Positions 30,274-40,718 of a stretch of 64,000 nt of DNA are shown here, piece by piece. Position numbers and translations under genes: made by a program. Location of the stretch: the sequence record PZ445446.1, one strand, 5' to 3'. This DNA comes from a phage. The notes below the pieces were generated by a model. The model worked only from the letters and a program-made list of their open reading frames with translations. It was not told the DNA's origin and searched no databases. Positions within the stretch are counted from its first letter, which is position 1; each line of letters begins with the position of its first letter.

Positions 30274-31599
30274 ATGAGTAAAACCAAATTAGAACTTACC
30301 TGGATAGGTAAAAACGAGCGCAAAAAGTTAGAGCCGCACATTTTGTTAGAAGATTCTAGCAAGTCTTACCACAGCCAGAAAGTGACCGAAAACGATATTT
30401 TTGATAATAAACTGATTTTTGGAGATAACTTATTAGCATTGAAGGCGCTAGAGCAAGAGTACGCAGGCAAAGTGAAGTGTGTTTACATAGACCCACCATT
30501 CAATACCGGGAGGGCTTTTGAGCACTACGATGATAGCCTGGAGCATTCCATTTGGCTGGGCTTAATGAGGGATAGGTTAGAAATAATTCGTAATCTTCTA
30601 AGTGATGATGGGGTAATATTCGTTCACTTAGATGATTGCGAAATGGCGTATTTAAAAGTTTTGATGGACGAGATTTTTGGTCGTGCAAATCAGTTAAATA
30701 CCATATCGATGACCACAAATTCCCCTTCGGGATTTAAGGCAACGGGAGCCACAGTTTTCTCCACAGCAAACTTTTTGCTTGTATATGCAAAAGATCGCAC
30801 CCAGAAACCGCTTAACAAAATCTATATACCTAAAGGGTATGATACCGGATATAACAAATACCTATTAAACCCGGATGATCATTATAAAAATTGGACGTGG
30901 TGCGGTATTGCCGATGCGTTTGCAAAGGCCAATGGCTATAAAGATGCAAAAGAAGCCAAGAAAAAACTGCCTGACACATTCGATGATGAATTAGCACAAT
31001 TTGCAATTGATAATGCAGAACGTGTATTTCAATCTGTTGCAATTGGTGGTGGTGCTAAAATAAAGAGAAAAGAAACTATAGAGAAGTCAAAGAAAGATAG
31101 GGATAAGGTTTATGTACATCCAAATGAGGATGTTGAAGGATTTTATATCGCAAATGGTAGGCAAATGGTCTTTTACTCCAACAGGCTTTTGGAAATTGAC
31201 GGTGATATGCAACCTGCGGAACTAATAACTGATGTTTGGACAGACATTAGTTGGAATGGAATAGCAAATGAAGGCGGCGTTAGTTTCAAAAATGGGAAAA
31301 AACCAGAAGCGCTTTTGAAGCGGATTTTCGAAATGTGTACGCGAGAAGGTGATTTGGTATTGGATTCATTCGGTGGTTCGGGAACTACTGCCGCTGTAGC
31401 TCACAAGATGAAAAGACGTTGGATCTCCATCGAGATTGGTGATCATTGCCATACCCATATTATTCCGCGCTTGGAAAAAGTGATCGATGGGGAAGATCAA
31501 GGTGGTATTTCTAAGTCTGTAAACTGGCAAGGTGGTGGTGGCTTCCGTTATTACAAACTTGCCCCGACCTTAATTGCGAAAGATAAGTCTGATCAATAA
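30274..31599 (+). CDS. DNA N6-adenine (or N4-cytosine) methyltransferase
   Basis: 441 aa; catalytic DPPF (YIDPPFNTG) precedes SAM motif VLDSFGGSGTT (beta-class order). Confidence 0.7.
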   Translation: MSKTKLELTWIGKNERKKLEPHILLEDSSKSYHSQKVTENDIFDNKLIFGDNLLALKALEQEYAGKVKCVYIDPPFNTGRAFEHYDDSLEHSIWLGLMRDRLEIIRNLLSDDGVIFVHLDDCEMAYLKVLMDEIFGRANQLNTISMTTNSPSGFKATGATVFSTANFLLVYAKDRTQKPLNKIYIPKGYDTGYNKYLLNPDDHYKNWTWCGIADAFAKANGYKDAKEAKKKLPDTFDDELAQFAIDNAERVFQSVAIGGGAKIKRKETIEKSKKDRDKVYVHPNEDVEGFYIANGRQMVFYSNRLLEIDGDMQPAELITDVWTDISWNGIANEGGVSFKNGKKPEALLKRIFEMCTREGDLVLDSFGGSGTTAAVAHKMKRRWISIEIGDHCHTHIIPRLEKVIDGEDQGGISKSVNWQGGGGFRYYKLAPTLIAKDKSDQ

Positions 31600-31918
31600 A
31601 GAGTACAATCAAATGATGAAACGTTATAAACCATACACTTTTGAAATCGATTTCGAACTTGACGATATGTTCACTGTAGAAGCTCAGGCAGTTGTCCAGT
31701 TGCCAGACCCGGAGTGCCGTGATTCTGATGTTGACTATTACGGATTTAGACAGATCACTGATGTGCATGTTTACCACAACGGTGAAGAGGTGGACTTCCA
31801 CCAACTGCCAAACGATATTCGCCACTCAATTTACAAACGTGCAGCCCGTGAACTAGAGTCCTATCTGGATGCAGCGACGACAGCAGCTGCATTTGCCGAA
31901 GAAGTGGGAGGTTTCTGA
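31574..31918 (+). CDS. hypothetical protein (start uncertain)
   Basis: Track ORF overlaps MTase 3' end; internal ATG near 31613 may be true start. Confidence 0.35.
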   Translation: MRKISLINKEYNQMMKRYKPYTFEIDFELDDMFTVEAQAVVQLPDPECRDSDVDYYGFRQITDVHVYHNGEEVDFHQLPNDIRHSIYKRAARELESYLDAATTAAAFAEEVGGF

Positions 31919-32316
31919 TGATTACAGGTGTGAAGATTCTCCAATACCACTTAACCAAATTGGAAGATGCTGAAAAAGAGCTTGCAGAAGTTCTGAATAG
32001 TGGATATACTTTGCTATCATGCGCCTGCTCAGACACCTACGTTGTGTGGACACTTATCCGGAAGGAAGAGCCTGCAGGGATCTTGGTGCCAAACCCTAAG
32101 ATTATTAGTGAGGTGGATGACTATTCCCAGGACGGCCTGCCAGAAGGCTGGGAAGTATGGGAAGGTGGTGAAAACCCTGCACCAGGTAAGTGGGTAAAAT
32201 ATAAACTACGTAGTGGTGCACAGTACGCTGACTACTCTGATGACCTAGACTGGAGTCATTCTTCACCAGGATCGTCTGCAAGTTCATATGATATCGTTGC
32301 TTTTCAGGAAGAATAA
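31918..32316 (+). CDS. hypothetical protein
   Basis: 132-aa ORF, ATGA overlap. Confidence 0.4.
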   Translation: MITGVKILQYHLTKLEDAEKELAEVLNSGYTLLSCACSDTYVVWTLIRKEEPAGILVPNPKIISEVDDYSQDGLPEGWEVWEGGENPAPGKWVKYKLRSGAQYADYSDDLDWSHSSPGSSASSYDIVAFQEE

Positions 32317-32328
32317 GGAGATAGTGTT

Positions 32329-32811
32329 ATGTCAGATTTTATGTGGAAAGTAGGTTACGCAGCTCCTGAAATGTGTGAGGCTTGCTTTGTGAAAATAGGC
32401 CGCGAGGATATCGACAAAGTGATCCTTAAGTTTCGTGATGTGGCTGTGATCGGCAACCGAGTGCTTAAGCACTTAAAGAATCTGAAGCTCACTAAAAAGA
32501 AATTCTTCGGGCTTTTCGAAGAGAAAGTTGATGCTTGGACCCATTGCATTCAGGAAGCTAAATCTCACTACAGTGCTATCGTTACCCCAGAACGGGTAGC
32601 CAAGATGGAAGGACTCATCAACAGCACAGAGTTTGAGTGTCTGAAAGCTGCACTCGATAGTTATCCGAAATGCCTCAAGCACTTGGACAAGTATGTAGAA
32701 AAGGATGGGGAAATGTATCTCACCCTGAACGCATATTATGAGATGCAAGAAATTTTAAATTTAGATTTGACATTGGTATCCACCGAGTATACAATAGGTA
32801 TCCGGGTTTAA
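32329..32811 (+). CDS. hypothetical protein
   Basis: 160-aa ORF followed by GAAA-tetraloop terminator. Confidence 0.45.
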   Translation: MSDFMWKVGYAAPEMCEACFVKIGREDIDKVILKFRDVAVIGNRVLKHLKNLKLTKKKFFGLFEEKVDAWTHCIQEAKSHYSAIVTPERVAKMEGLINSTEFECLKAALDSYPKCLKHLDKYVEKDGEMYLTLNAYYEMQEILNLDLTLVSTEYTIGIRV

Positions 32812-32817
32812 CACTAG

Positions 32818-32844
32818 GCCCTGCCCGAAAGGGTGGGGCTTTTT
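32818..32844 (+). terminator. intrinsic terminator (GAAA tetraloop), copy 1
   Basis: gccctgcccGAAAgggtggggc + TTTTT; same 22-nt hairpin recurs at 42964. Confidence 0.65.
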
Positions 32845-32862
32845 GCATTAGGAGACAGCAAA

Positions 32863-33627
32863 TTGAAATTTATCTACAAAGAACACTACCACAAAGGTGT
32901 TGTGTGGAGCCTATTTGACGGATCTGGTGGTGCAGTCATTGACTGGGCAAAAGCTGGATATCTGTGCCTGTGCTTTAACGCAAAAGGTGCTGACCACGGC
33001 AGTTATGCAGAGGTGATCACCGATCATCCAAATATTCACTATGTAGATTATTGGATTGATCCATGGTTCCCTCAGGAAACTTTCTGCATGTACCCAGCTC
33101 CGGACTTTGTTCTTGCATTTCCTCCGTGCACCCACTTAGCGGTGTCAGGTGCTGCACACTTTAAGAAGAAGCTGGCTAAGGACCCGTTGATCCAGATTAA
33201 TGCTGTAAAGGATGCTCGGGTTGCAGAAGAGTTGGGAGAGATTTACGATTGCCCGTGGCATGTAGAGAATCCTGTGGGTGTTATGTCCACACTGTGGCGC
33301 AAACCTGATTACCGTTTTCACCCTTCTGACTATGGCGGGTATTTACCGGAGGATGATGTAAACCCCTGGTTTCCTGAATTTATAGCTCCACGTGATGCCT
33401 ATCCAAAAATAACTTGCGGCTGGATAGGTAATGGATTTATAATCCCGGCCACAAAACCTGTCCCGCAAATAGTTGACGCGGTTAGCGGGTATTCCATGCA
33501 ACACGCCAAGCTGGGTGGAAAGAGTGCAAGAACGAAGATGATCCGAAGCCTCACACCACGTGGCTGGGCAAAAGCCGTATTCTTAGCAAACGAGCCTGTA
33601 GTAAGGAGCAGAATTAATGGGAAGTAA
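32863..33627 (+). CDS. DNA cytosine-5 methyltransferase-like protein
   Basis: Motif I LFDGSGGAVIDWAKAG, PC motif FPPCTHLAVSG, ENV-like HVENPVG; TTG start after AGGAGA chosen because track GTG 32833 lies inside the upstream terminator. Confidence 0.45.
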   Translation: MKFIYKEHYHKGVVWSLFDGSGGAVIDWAKAGYLCLCFNAKGADHGSYAEVITDHPNIHYVDYWIDPWFPQETFCMYPAPDFVLAFPPCTHLAVSGAAHFKKKLAKDPLIQINAVKDARVAEELGEIYDCPWHVENPVGVMSTLWRKPDYRFHPSDYGGYLPEDDVNPWFPEFIAPRDAYPKITCGWIGNGFIIPATKPVPQIVDAVSGYSMQHAKLGGKSARTKMIRSLTPRGWAKAVFLANEPVVRSRINGK

Positions 33628-35695
33628 ATTTATGGCATCTGCATACAACCGTTTCGGTGAGCCAAACCCGAAAGCAACTAAGTATAAAAGTGGGGGAAGT
33701 GTGAAACGAGACTATCGTGATGAAAAAGAGGTTGAAACTGTAGAGACTGTTTTAGAAAATACTAAAATTGTCCCTGTTCCACAACAAAATATCGGTCTGA
33801 TGGCTGCACAATATTTTGGTGTGCGATCAGCATTGTCTCAAGAAGACGGTGTGACAGTTACTGCAACATATTTCCCATATTACGACCGCTACGGAAATCT
33901 GTCAGGTTTCAAAAAGCGTGACTGGACGATTCCTAAAGAGCAAAGGGGCCATTTCTCAGTTGTTGGCATAGTAAAGGCTAACTCTCAGATGTTTGGGCAA
34001 AAGCTGTGTGCATCTTCCAACAACCGTAAGCAAATTAACGTTTGTGAGGGGGAAGGTGATGTTATTGCAGCATGGCAGGCTGCATATCAGATACAAGTAA
34101 AAGGGATTCTCACCAACGCTAAAGCCCCGGCAAAGGTGAAGCAGTGGGCTAAAGAGGTCCAGGACGGGATCGATGCAGTTATCAACGGTGGTGATCTGGC
34201 AGGAAAACCCTGCCTACCTTTTGTTGGAATTAACTGTGGATGTGCAAACGCAGTAGATACTTTTGCAAACAATGAGAAGTTTATCCGTAGCTATGGAACA
34301 GTTGTGCTGGCAATGGATAACGATGCAGCTAACGAGGTAGAGAAGCAAAAACACGTCATTAAAGGTGTCGAGGCCACGCACAATATCGCAGCATTTTTGA
34401 TGGCTGATAACGTTTACCACGTAGAATACCCTGGTGAAGTAAACGACCCTGACGGTGTAAAAGATATCCGAGACATGCTGAAGGCTAAAAAGCTGGAAGA
34501 TATTGTCAACATGTTCCGGCATCCTGTTAAATATGTGCCTGATGCTGTGTCGGATTTAGAAGACTTCTCTATCGAGTCTTTGCGGAAAAAGACTTCCAAC
34601 GGGGTAGATATCAGCGCAGAGTTCCCAAAACTGCAAAAAATGCTAAAAGGCTTGCACAAAGGTACACTCGTAATGCTTACAGGCCCATCAGGTGGCGGTA
34701 AAACAACCGTAGCTAAAAAACTGGAACACTGTATTGCAAGATACCTAATGGACCCGACATGCCCGAAGGCTGATGACTATGAAGAGGATGATCGTCTATG
34801 TATGATCCATCTTGAGGAGGACCCAGAGGAAGCAATTAACTCCTTGTATGCAAACCAGTTAGGGTTTGATGTTAAAGAGTTTGTTGAAGATCCTAGCCAG
34901 TTTTTAACTGATCAAGAACACGCAGAGATTCATCAGTCATGGGCAAAAGCTGGAAAAATCAAAGTGTTCAAACATTTCGGGTCTATTCCGGTGGATGAGT
35001 TGATTACCAAGCTTAAGCAAATGGTTTGCCTGTACCATTGCCGTTATATTGTGCTGGATCACCTGTCCATGGTAATTTCAGGGCTTAATGTTAAGGATGA
35101 GCGAAAAGAACTGGACATGGCTATGACCCAACTGGCTGCGTTTTGTAAGCAGTTTAATGTGTTTATCTTGGTGATCGCTCACCTCAAACGTACAGAGATT
35201 GTGCCTCCTAAGGACAAGGATGGTAACCCGTTACCTTTCTGGTATCCTGTGCGAAAAGAGAATTTGCGAGGATCGGCTGGGCTTGAACAGTTGAGTTGGG
35301 TAGTTATAGGTGTCGAGGCCGAAGAAATGGTGGATCGTTCTCGTGGGCGTGTCCGTCTGGTAGGTCTTAAAAACCGTCCAGCAAAAACTTTAGGTATTGC
35401 TGACACTTTAGTTATGGACCCGCACACAGGTAAGTTCCATGATGCCAGTAACTGGTACTGGGACAAAGAAATGCAAATGTTTACAGACGGAGAAGGTGGG
35501 GAGGTTGTTTGGAGACCTCAGGCTATGTTTGAGGATCAGGAGCATGCAGTTGTAGAAACACCTATGGGCAAGGTTGTGGCTGATAAGGTTGTAACTCCTA
35601 CTGTTAAGCCTGTTGACACGCAGGAAGACCTCCAGTACGATGATCCGTCCTCTGACCATGTTCCTGGTTTTGAGGATGATGAAACACCTTTTTAA
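33617..35695 (+). CDS. DNA primase/helicase (Toprim + DnaB-family helicase)
   Basis: 692 aa; Toprim-like CEGEGD and LAMDNDAAN; Walker A LTGPSGGGKTT, Walker B IVLDHLSM. Confidence 0.7.
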   Translation: MGSKFMASAYNRFGEPNPKATKYKSGGSVKRDYRDEKEVETVETVLENTKIVPVPQQNIGLMAAQYFGVRSALSQEDGVTVTATYFPYYDRYGNLSGFKKRDWTIPKEQRGHFSVVGIVKANSQMFGQKLCASSNNRKQINVCEGEGDVIAAWQAAYQIQVKGILTNAKAPAKVKQWAKEVQDGIDAVINGGDLAGKPCLPFVGINCGCANAVDTFANNEKFIRSYGTVVLAMDNDAANEVEKQKHVIKGVEATHNIAAFLMADNVYHVEYPGEVNDPDGVKDIRDMLKAKKLEDIVNMFRHPVKYVPDAVSDLEDFSIESLRKKTSNGVDISAEFPKLQKMLKGLHKGTLVMLTGPSGGGKTTVAKKLEHCIARYLMDPTCPKADDYEEDDRLCMIHLEEDPEEAINSLYANQLGFDVKEFVEDPSQFLTDQEHAEIHQSWAKAGKIKVFKHFGSIPVDELITKLKQMVCLYHCRYIVLDHLSMVISGLNVKDERKELDMAMTQLAAFCKQFNVFILVIAHLKRTEIVPPKDKDGNPLPFWYPVRKENLRGSAGLEQLSWVVIGVEAEEMVDRSRGRVRLVGLKNRPAKTLGIADTLVMDPHTGKFHDASNWYWDKEMQMFTDGEGGEVVWRPQAMFEDQEHAVVETPMGKVVADKVVTPTVKPVDTQEDLQYDDPSSDHVPGFEDDETPF

Positions 35696-35753
35696 TGTTT
35701 AACAAAGAGTGGGAGGGGTAGTACAACCGCCTCCCCTTTAAGGAGAACTGTAT

Positions 35754-38531
35754 ATGAGCATGTGGTCGTTCGATTTTGAGTCATCCGGTTTGCTGGAAGA
35801 CCCAGATCTTTATTATCACTGCGGCCTGTTTAAAGAGCTGAATAAGAACCGTTTTATGCTGTTCCTTCCTCTGAATGACCGCACACACTACTCCGAGGAG
35901 GATATAGAGAAGGCCAAGAACTTTATTCTGGCAAAGAAAACTCTTTATAAGGATTTTGAAGTTCGCATAGCAGATTTTTCGGAGTTGGAAGGTTGGCTTA
36001 CAGGAAATTCTGACTGGTCACCAACAGCTTTGAACTGCCATAACTGCTACAGTTATGACTTTATGCTGATGGAGAGATTATCCGGTATTCATTTTGATAT
36101 GTTCCGTGATCCTAAATGCATGGGGACTATCAACGACCACCAGGTTAACCTGTTTGATACGTTGGCGATGAGCAGAATCTTGTGGCCTGATCGCCCTTTA
36201 CCAAAAGGTTGTCCGGACTCTGTATTCAACCCGGTTACTAAGAAAATGCAGCCTGTTGGTCCTCACGGCCTTATGGCATGGGGCTACGCCCTTGGTAACC
36301 AGAAAGTTCAAATTGATGACTGGCGCGATCTTCCGTTGTGGAAGTATGTGGATCGTGTATTCGAGGACGTTATCATCCAGGAGCTGCTCTGGAAAGAGCT
36401 GGTAGCGGAATCAAAAGGTGTATTCTACGGCAAATCTGACATGCAGAACTTTATGTACGATCCAGCCAAAGAGAAGCCGAAAGGGTTCAAGAAAATCACC
36501 TGGAAGAACGCATTACGCCGAGGCATGCTGCAGCACTTCCTGATGGAGCTGCAGGCCCGTCAGGGTGTGTATTTCGACATAGATGGGGCTATTGCTTTAC
36601 GTGACCGTTGCGATGCGTGGATGAAAGAGATCGCTGATCGTGTTGAACCTCAACTTCCTTTAAAAGAGTTGTCAATGTCTCAGCGACCCAAGTTCCCTGA
36701 AAAGCCGTTTAACCAAGATGGGACAATCTCCAATAATGGTTGGAAATGGTTAAAAGATAAGCTTGGCTATCCTGTAGACATGAGCGCTTTAGAATTCAAA
36801 GCCCCGCCTAAGCGAGCATTTACCTCCACAGGAGATGTCAGCAAGATGGGGATAAAATGGTGCGAAGAGATGGGCTGCAAAGACCCCGACAAGATGGCTG
36901 ATTTCTTGAGAGGTTATATTAAGGGCACCTCCACACCACAACCTTTACCTAAAGAGCTGATGGATCAGGCAATAAGTGATCTGCAGCAGAAGCGAATGCC
37001 TGACTGCAAGATACCTATGAAAATCAGCAATCAGGACGACATTAAGCGATACCTGATCAGTGCTGGTTGGCTTCCGACAATGTGGAGAACTAAGGATGTA
37101 ACTAAGGACAGCAAGAAGAAAGCTCTACCTGATGCAGATGTTGATGCACGAGTATATGCATACATGGACGAGCTTTTAGAGTCAGAGTATTGTGACCTAA
37201 TTATCAACTTCTGGAACAAAACTGATGCTAAGTTTCAGACAACAGTGCACAAGTTCCGAAGCTTTCCTAACTCCGAAAGGATTAAAAAGGAAGTGTTCGG
37301 GAAAATACGCAGAAAAGCCAGGGCACTTATTACTTCTCCGCAACTGAAAGATACGTTTGGACACCTATGTCCGAATCTTGAAAAATTGAACGGAGAGATG
37401 GCTAAAGATATCGTCTTGTGGTTATCATTGCGAAACCGCAGATCGGTCCTTGATCCAATCAAGGAGGATAAGGTTGATACTGGTCTTCTTAATCACCCAC
37501 GTTTGAAGATTGACCATAAGCTTCCTGCTAAAAGCTCTGGATTAACAAACACTTCCCGACAGAAACACAGTATTTGTGCAAACATGCCTAAACCATCTCC
37601 TAAAGTGGTTATGGGTAAAGAGATGCGTAGCTTGTGGGGTGTTCCTCCTGGATATTTTGAGATCGGTATTGACGGGTCCAACTTAGAGCAGCTTATCGGG
37701 GCTTGGGGTGCCTTTGAGTTCGACAACGGCTTGTACTATGATGTTGTAAGTAACGGAGACGCACACCAAAACAATGCTGAGGCATATACAAAAGTAGCAG
37801 GCAGAGAGGTGTCTCGTAACGACGGTAAACCTATCACGTATGGGGTTATGTACGGGGCACAAAAAGATAAAGTTGCAGATATGCTGGATATCTCCCCAGA
37901 GTTGGGGCAAAGGGTGATCGATGCACTTTGGGATGCCAACCCCGGTCTTAAGGGGCGCAAAGAGGATCTGGAGAAATTCTGGGAAGCAACAGGTAAGAAG
38001 TTTATCTACTCTTTTGATGGTCATGCTATCTGGACCCGATCTAAACACTCTTTACTTAATGCATACCAACAAAATGGTGGTGCATCGCTGTGTGACTTAG
38101 TTGGGATACTCATGCACCACCAAATGGTGAAGCGTGGGTGGTACGATGAAGGTGTCCGTCGTATTATTTATTACCATGATGAGTACCAACTTCAGGTCCC
38201 TGACACACCTAAGTATAAGACTGTGTACACCTTCGACACAATTGAAGAATTGGAAGCATTTAAGGCAGAGCAGGAGGCCAAACTTCATGTGTTCGACGGT
38301 CATAAGTACAAAAAGGCACGCAAGGATGAAAACGGAAACGAAGTGGTTGACAGAGACGGAAACACGGTGTACGATCCTATCCTGAACGATGACGGAAAGC
38401 TTGAACTTATCTGGAGCCCTGTGGGTGAAATGGTGGTGCATTGCTTCTGGCAAGCTTCTAAAATGATGGGCGTTCCATTCCAGATCACAGGTGAATACTT
38501 GTGCGGTCGTAACTGGGGTGATTGTCACTAA
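35754..38531 (+). CDS. DNA polymerase, family A, with 3'-5' exonuclease domain
   Basis: 925 aa; Exo I FDFESSG; Pol motif A DGSNLEQ, motif B RNDGKPITYGVMYGA, motif C YHDEYQL. Confidence 0.85.
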   Translation: MSMWSFDFESSGLLEDPDLYYHCGLFKELNKNRFMLFLPLNDRTHYSEEDIEKAKNFILAKKTLYKDFEVRIADFSELEGWLTGNSDWSPTALNCHNCYSYDFMLMERLSGIHFDMFRDPKCMGTINDHQVNLFDTLAMSRILWPDRPLPKGCPDSVFNPVTKKMQPVGPHGLMAWGYALGNQKVQIDDWRDLPLWKYVDRVFEDVIIQELLWKELVAESKGVFYGKSDMQNFMYDPAKEKPKGFKKITWKNALRRGMLQHFLMELQARQGVYFDIDGAIALRDRCDAWMKEIADRVEPQLPLKELSMSQRPKFPEKPFNQDGTISNNGWKWLKDKLGYPVDMSALEFKAPPKRAFTSTGDVSKMGIKWCEEMGCKDPDKMADFLRGYIKGTSTPQPLPKELMDQAISDLQQKRMPDCKIPMKISNQDDIKRYLISAGWLPTMWRTKDVTKDSKKKALPDADVDARVYAYMDELLESEYCDLIINFWNKTDAKFQTTVHKFRSFPNSERIKKEVFGKIRRKARALITSPQLKDTFGHLCPNLEKLNGEMAKDIVLWLSLRNRRSVLDPIKEDKVDTGLLNHPRLKIDHKLPAKSSGLTNTSRQKHSICANMPKPSPKVVMGKEMRSLWGVPPGYFEIGIDGSNLEQLIGAWGAFEFDNGLYYDVVSNGDAHQNNAEAYTKVAGREVSRNDGKPITYGVMYGAQKDKVADMLDISPELGQRVIDALWDANPGLKGRKEDLEKFWEATGKKFIYSFDGHAIWTRSKHSLLNAYQQNGGASLCDLVGILMHHQMVKRGWYDEGVRRIIYYHDEYQLQVPDTPKYKTVYTFDTIEELEAFKAEQEAKLHVFDGHKYKKARKDENGNEVVDRDGNTVYDPILNDDGKLELIWSPVGEMVVHCFWQASKMMGVPFQITGEYLCGRNWGDCH

Positions 38532-38580
38532 TGTAAACTATCAGCACAGGGAGGTGCTGTTGAGCAAAGAGGAGACTTTT

Positions 38581-38865
38581 ATGGTAGTAGAGCCAACAAA
38601 AACATTTACATCCATGACCATTCCTGTTATTATGCAGGTGGAGTGTGTTCAGGTATCTCAAGTGTGGCCTGGCACCAAAATCCCAACAGGGCCTGATTTC
38701 TTTCAGGTTGGGAAAGTGTACAATGTCTGGAAGGCACCAGATTGTTACCCTTTCATTAAAGATGACCGTGGGATGCTGTGGTATCTTGGAAATGACTTGA
38801 CACTGCACCTTGGGAATGCTATTATTGCAGTATTCAGACTTAACAAGAAGGAGACCGATCAATGA
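38581..38865 (+). CDS. small protein, KDDxGxxW paralog family
   Basis: ATG after AGGAGA RBS; C-terminal IKDDRGMLWYLGNDL shared with neighbours. Confidence 0.45.
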   Translation: MVVEPTKTFTSMTIPVIMQVECVQVSQVWPGTKIPTGPDFFQVGKVYNVWKAPDCYPFIKDDRGMLWYLGNDLTLHLGNAIIAVFRLNKKETDQ

Positions 38866-39089
38866 CGACTTTGGTTAAAGCTACCTTTGTAGAAGAAAAG
38901 ATGACAGACCTGTCATTCTTTAAAGAAGGAAAGACCTACGAGGTTTATTACGATAAAGCTCGTGCAAACAAAATGATTAAAGACGAGGAAGGGGTTGCCT
39001 GGTATATCTCTCACCTGGCAAACGGTGAGTATCATATCTACGGAACCACTTTGCTTGCCAAGTTTGTAGTTGTTGAAGAGGACCTATGA
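38862..39089 (+). CDS. small protein, KDDxGxxW paralog family
   Basis: 75 aa; IKDEEGVAWYISHLANG; ATGA overlap. Confidence 0.45.
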   Translation: MTTLVKATFVEEKMTDLSFFKEGKTYEVYYDKARANKMIKDEEGVAWYISHLANGEYHIYGTTLLAKFVVVEEDL

Positions 39090-39280
39090 AAGTAAAGTAT
39101 CTTGCTGAAGGTATGAATAGGTATTTTACCCTTGGTGAAGAATATTGGCCCTTTACAAACAACGGTGATGTCTACGTGAAAGATAATTTCGGCACGCCGT
39201 GGTTTCTGCACTCTAATGGGCTGGGATACTCCATTTACTGCGGTGCAGTGAACAACACAACTCTTGCAGAGTTCGTTTAG
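39086..39280 (+). CDS. small protein, KDDxGxxW paralog family
   Basis: 64 aa; VKDNFGTPWFLHSNGLG. Confidence 0.45.
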   Translation: MKVKYLAEGMNRYFTLGEEYWPFTNNGDVYVKDNFGTPWFLHSNGLGYSIYCGAVNNTTLAEFV

Positions 39281-39290
39281 AGGAGGTAGG

Positions 39291-39662
39291 ATGTTAGTAA
39301 AAGGTACCCATACAGTCAAACAACGTATTGAAGTTGAGATTGATGATTGTGAGCTGAAGCATATTTTACGGTCATGCTCCAACGTTTTGCTCCTTAGTAT
39401 TCTCCAGGAGCGAGCGGAGAACGAGTTCTTAAATGCACTGGCAGGCCGCCCTGGTGATTTCTGTGTGCGTAAGCGTGGTGACAACAAGTCATGGCTGTGG
39501 GAGATAGACGCAGAATGGGATTACCATAAAAATGAGGGTATAGATGAACCTATTCGTGAATTGACGGACAACGAGGTTCAGATGTACAATGAAGTTTGTC
39601 AGTGGGCAAAAAGTCAACAAACTTATCTTGATCCTTGGTGGATGATCGAAAATAGTCGTTGA
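39291..39662 (+). CDS. hypothetical protein
   Basis: ATG after GAGGAGG RBS (track start 39264 trimmed); weak variant RKRGDNKSWLWEID. Confidence 0.45.
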   Translation: MLVKGTHTVKQRIEVEIDDCELKHILRSCSNVLLLSILQERAENEFLNALAGRPGDFCVRKRGDNKSWLWEIDAEWDYHKNEGIDEPIRELTDNEVQMYNEVCQWAKSQQTYLDPWWMIENSR

Positions 39663-39738
39663 CAGGAAGTAAGATTAGATATAAGATGCTTCACACAAAC
39701 AGAGCGTTGATTGTTTAACACTTAAGGAGACCGCTAAG

Positions 39739-39993
39739 ATGAAAATTACTCTGAAGCCAGAATGCGTTGAAAATGACCGAGCTTTTAAAGATTGCACAAT
39801 CGGTGCAATTTATGAAGCAGAGTTTTGTGAGAACCCTTTGGTAAAAGCCCTTCTGGAAGAAGGAGCTCCTCTATCACAGGAAGAGCTTGATGAGTTGGAA
39901 AACTCAGCACAGTGCCTTACCTTTAAAGATGATGAAGGAGACTCTGTCTGGTGCACTGTTAATGAAGTAGTTTTTGTAAAACCTGAACATTAA
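39739..39993 (+). CDS. small protein, KDDxGxxW paralog family
   Basis: 84 aa; FKDCTIGAIY … FKDDEGDSVWCTV; paralog of 40057-40329. Confidence 0.5.
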   Translation: MKITLKPECVENDRAFKDCTIGAIYEAEFCENPLVKALLEEGAPLSQEELDELENSAQCLTFKDDEGDSVWCTVNEVVFVKPEH

Positions 39994-40056
39994 TGCTTGA
40001 CAACAGTCATAGGGCCTACTATAATGGCCCTATCAAAACGGAAGGGGACCACAGCA

Positions 40057-40329
40057 ATGACCAAACAATATCAACGAATTAAAGCCAAGGTTAAGCCAGA
40101 CTATCTGGAGAAGGACTCTGCTTTTCGGGACTGCACAGCTGACAAAGTTTACACAGGGGCCGTCCTGTTGAACGATGAACTTGAAGTAGATATTCTGGGT
40201 AAAGAGGCCACTATTAAGGACGACCAAGGCGATTATGTTTGCTGCACCACACGTGAGCTAGAAATCTTAGAATACTTCGGTGAAATCTTCACCTCTCTTG
40301 ATGATTACTTAGATGATGAGGAAGCGTGA
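40057..40329 (+). CDS. small protein, KDDxGxxW paralog family
   Basis: Internal ATG after GGAAGGGG; FRDCTADKVY … IKDDQGDYVCCTT. Confidence 0.45.
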   Translation: MTKQYQRIKAKVKPDYLEKDSAFRDCTADKVYTGAVLLNDELEVDILGKEATIKDDQGDYVCCTTRELEILEYFGEIFTSLDDYLDDEEA

Positions 40330-40718
40330 TGAAAAATATTTGGGATATCGATATCTTTGAAGCCTCTAAGCTTGATGGTGCTGATGGAGTGATTATGGTG
40401 TCTGATGGCAAGGCAACACTAACTTCTGGGGATATCATCTATGCCTTGGACGAGCTGGCGCTTCTGAAATCTACCGGTAACACTTTAGAGGAGCGTCTTC
40501 AAGGCTTCGCCTTCAAAGAAGGCACAAATACCGCCATGATGTGCACCACACGGACAGTTCAAGTTGGTAACGGTGTCTATATGATCATTGCTGTGTGTCC
40601 TAAATTCAGCAACGTCAACAAAGATGATGCTGACGCTGTCAACGATGTGGTTGTTCTCTTCGTGGGTGACGCTATGGCAGATCTGATGAATGCAGGAGAA
40701 GCAGCAAATGAAGACTGA
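40326..40718 (+). CDS. hypothetical protein
   Basis: 130-aa ORF, ATGA overlap. Confidence 0.45.
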   Translation: MMKNIWDIDIFEASKLDGADGVIMVSDGKATLTSGDIIYALDELALLKSTGNTLEERLQGFAFKEGTNTAMMCTTRTVQVGNGVYMIIAVCPKFSNVNKDDADAVNDVVVLFVGDAMADLMNAGEAANED

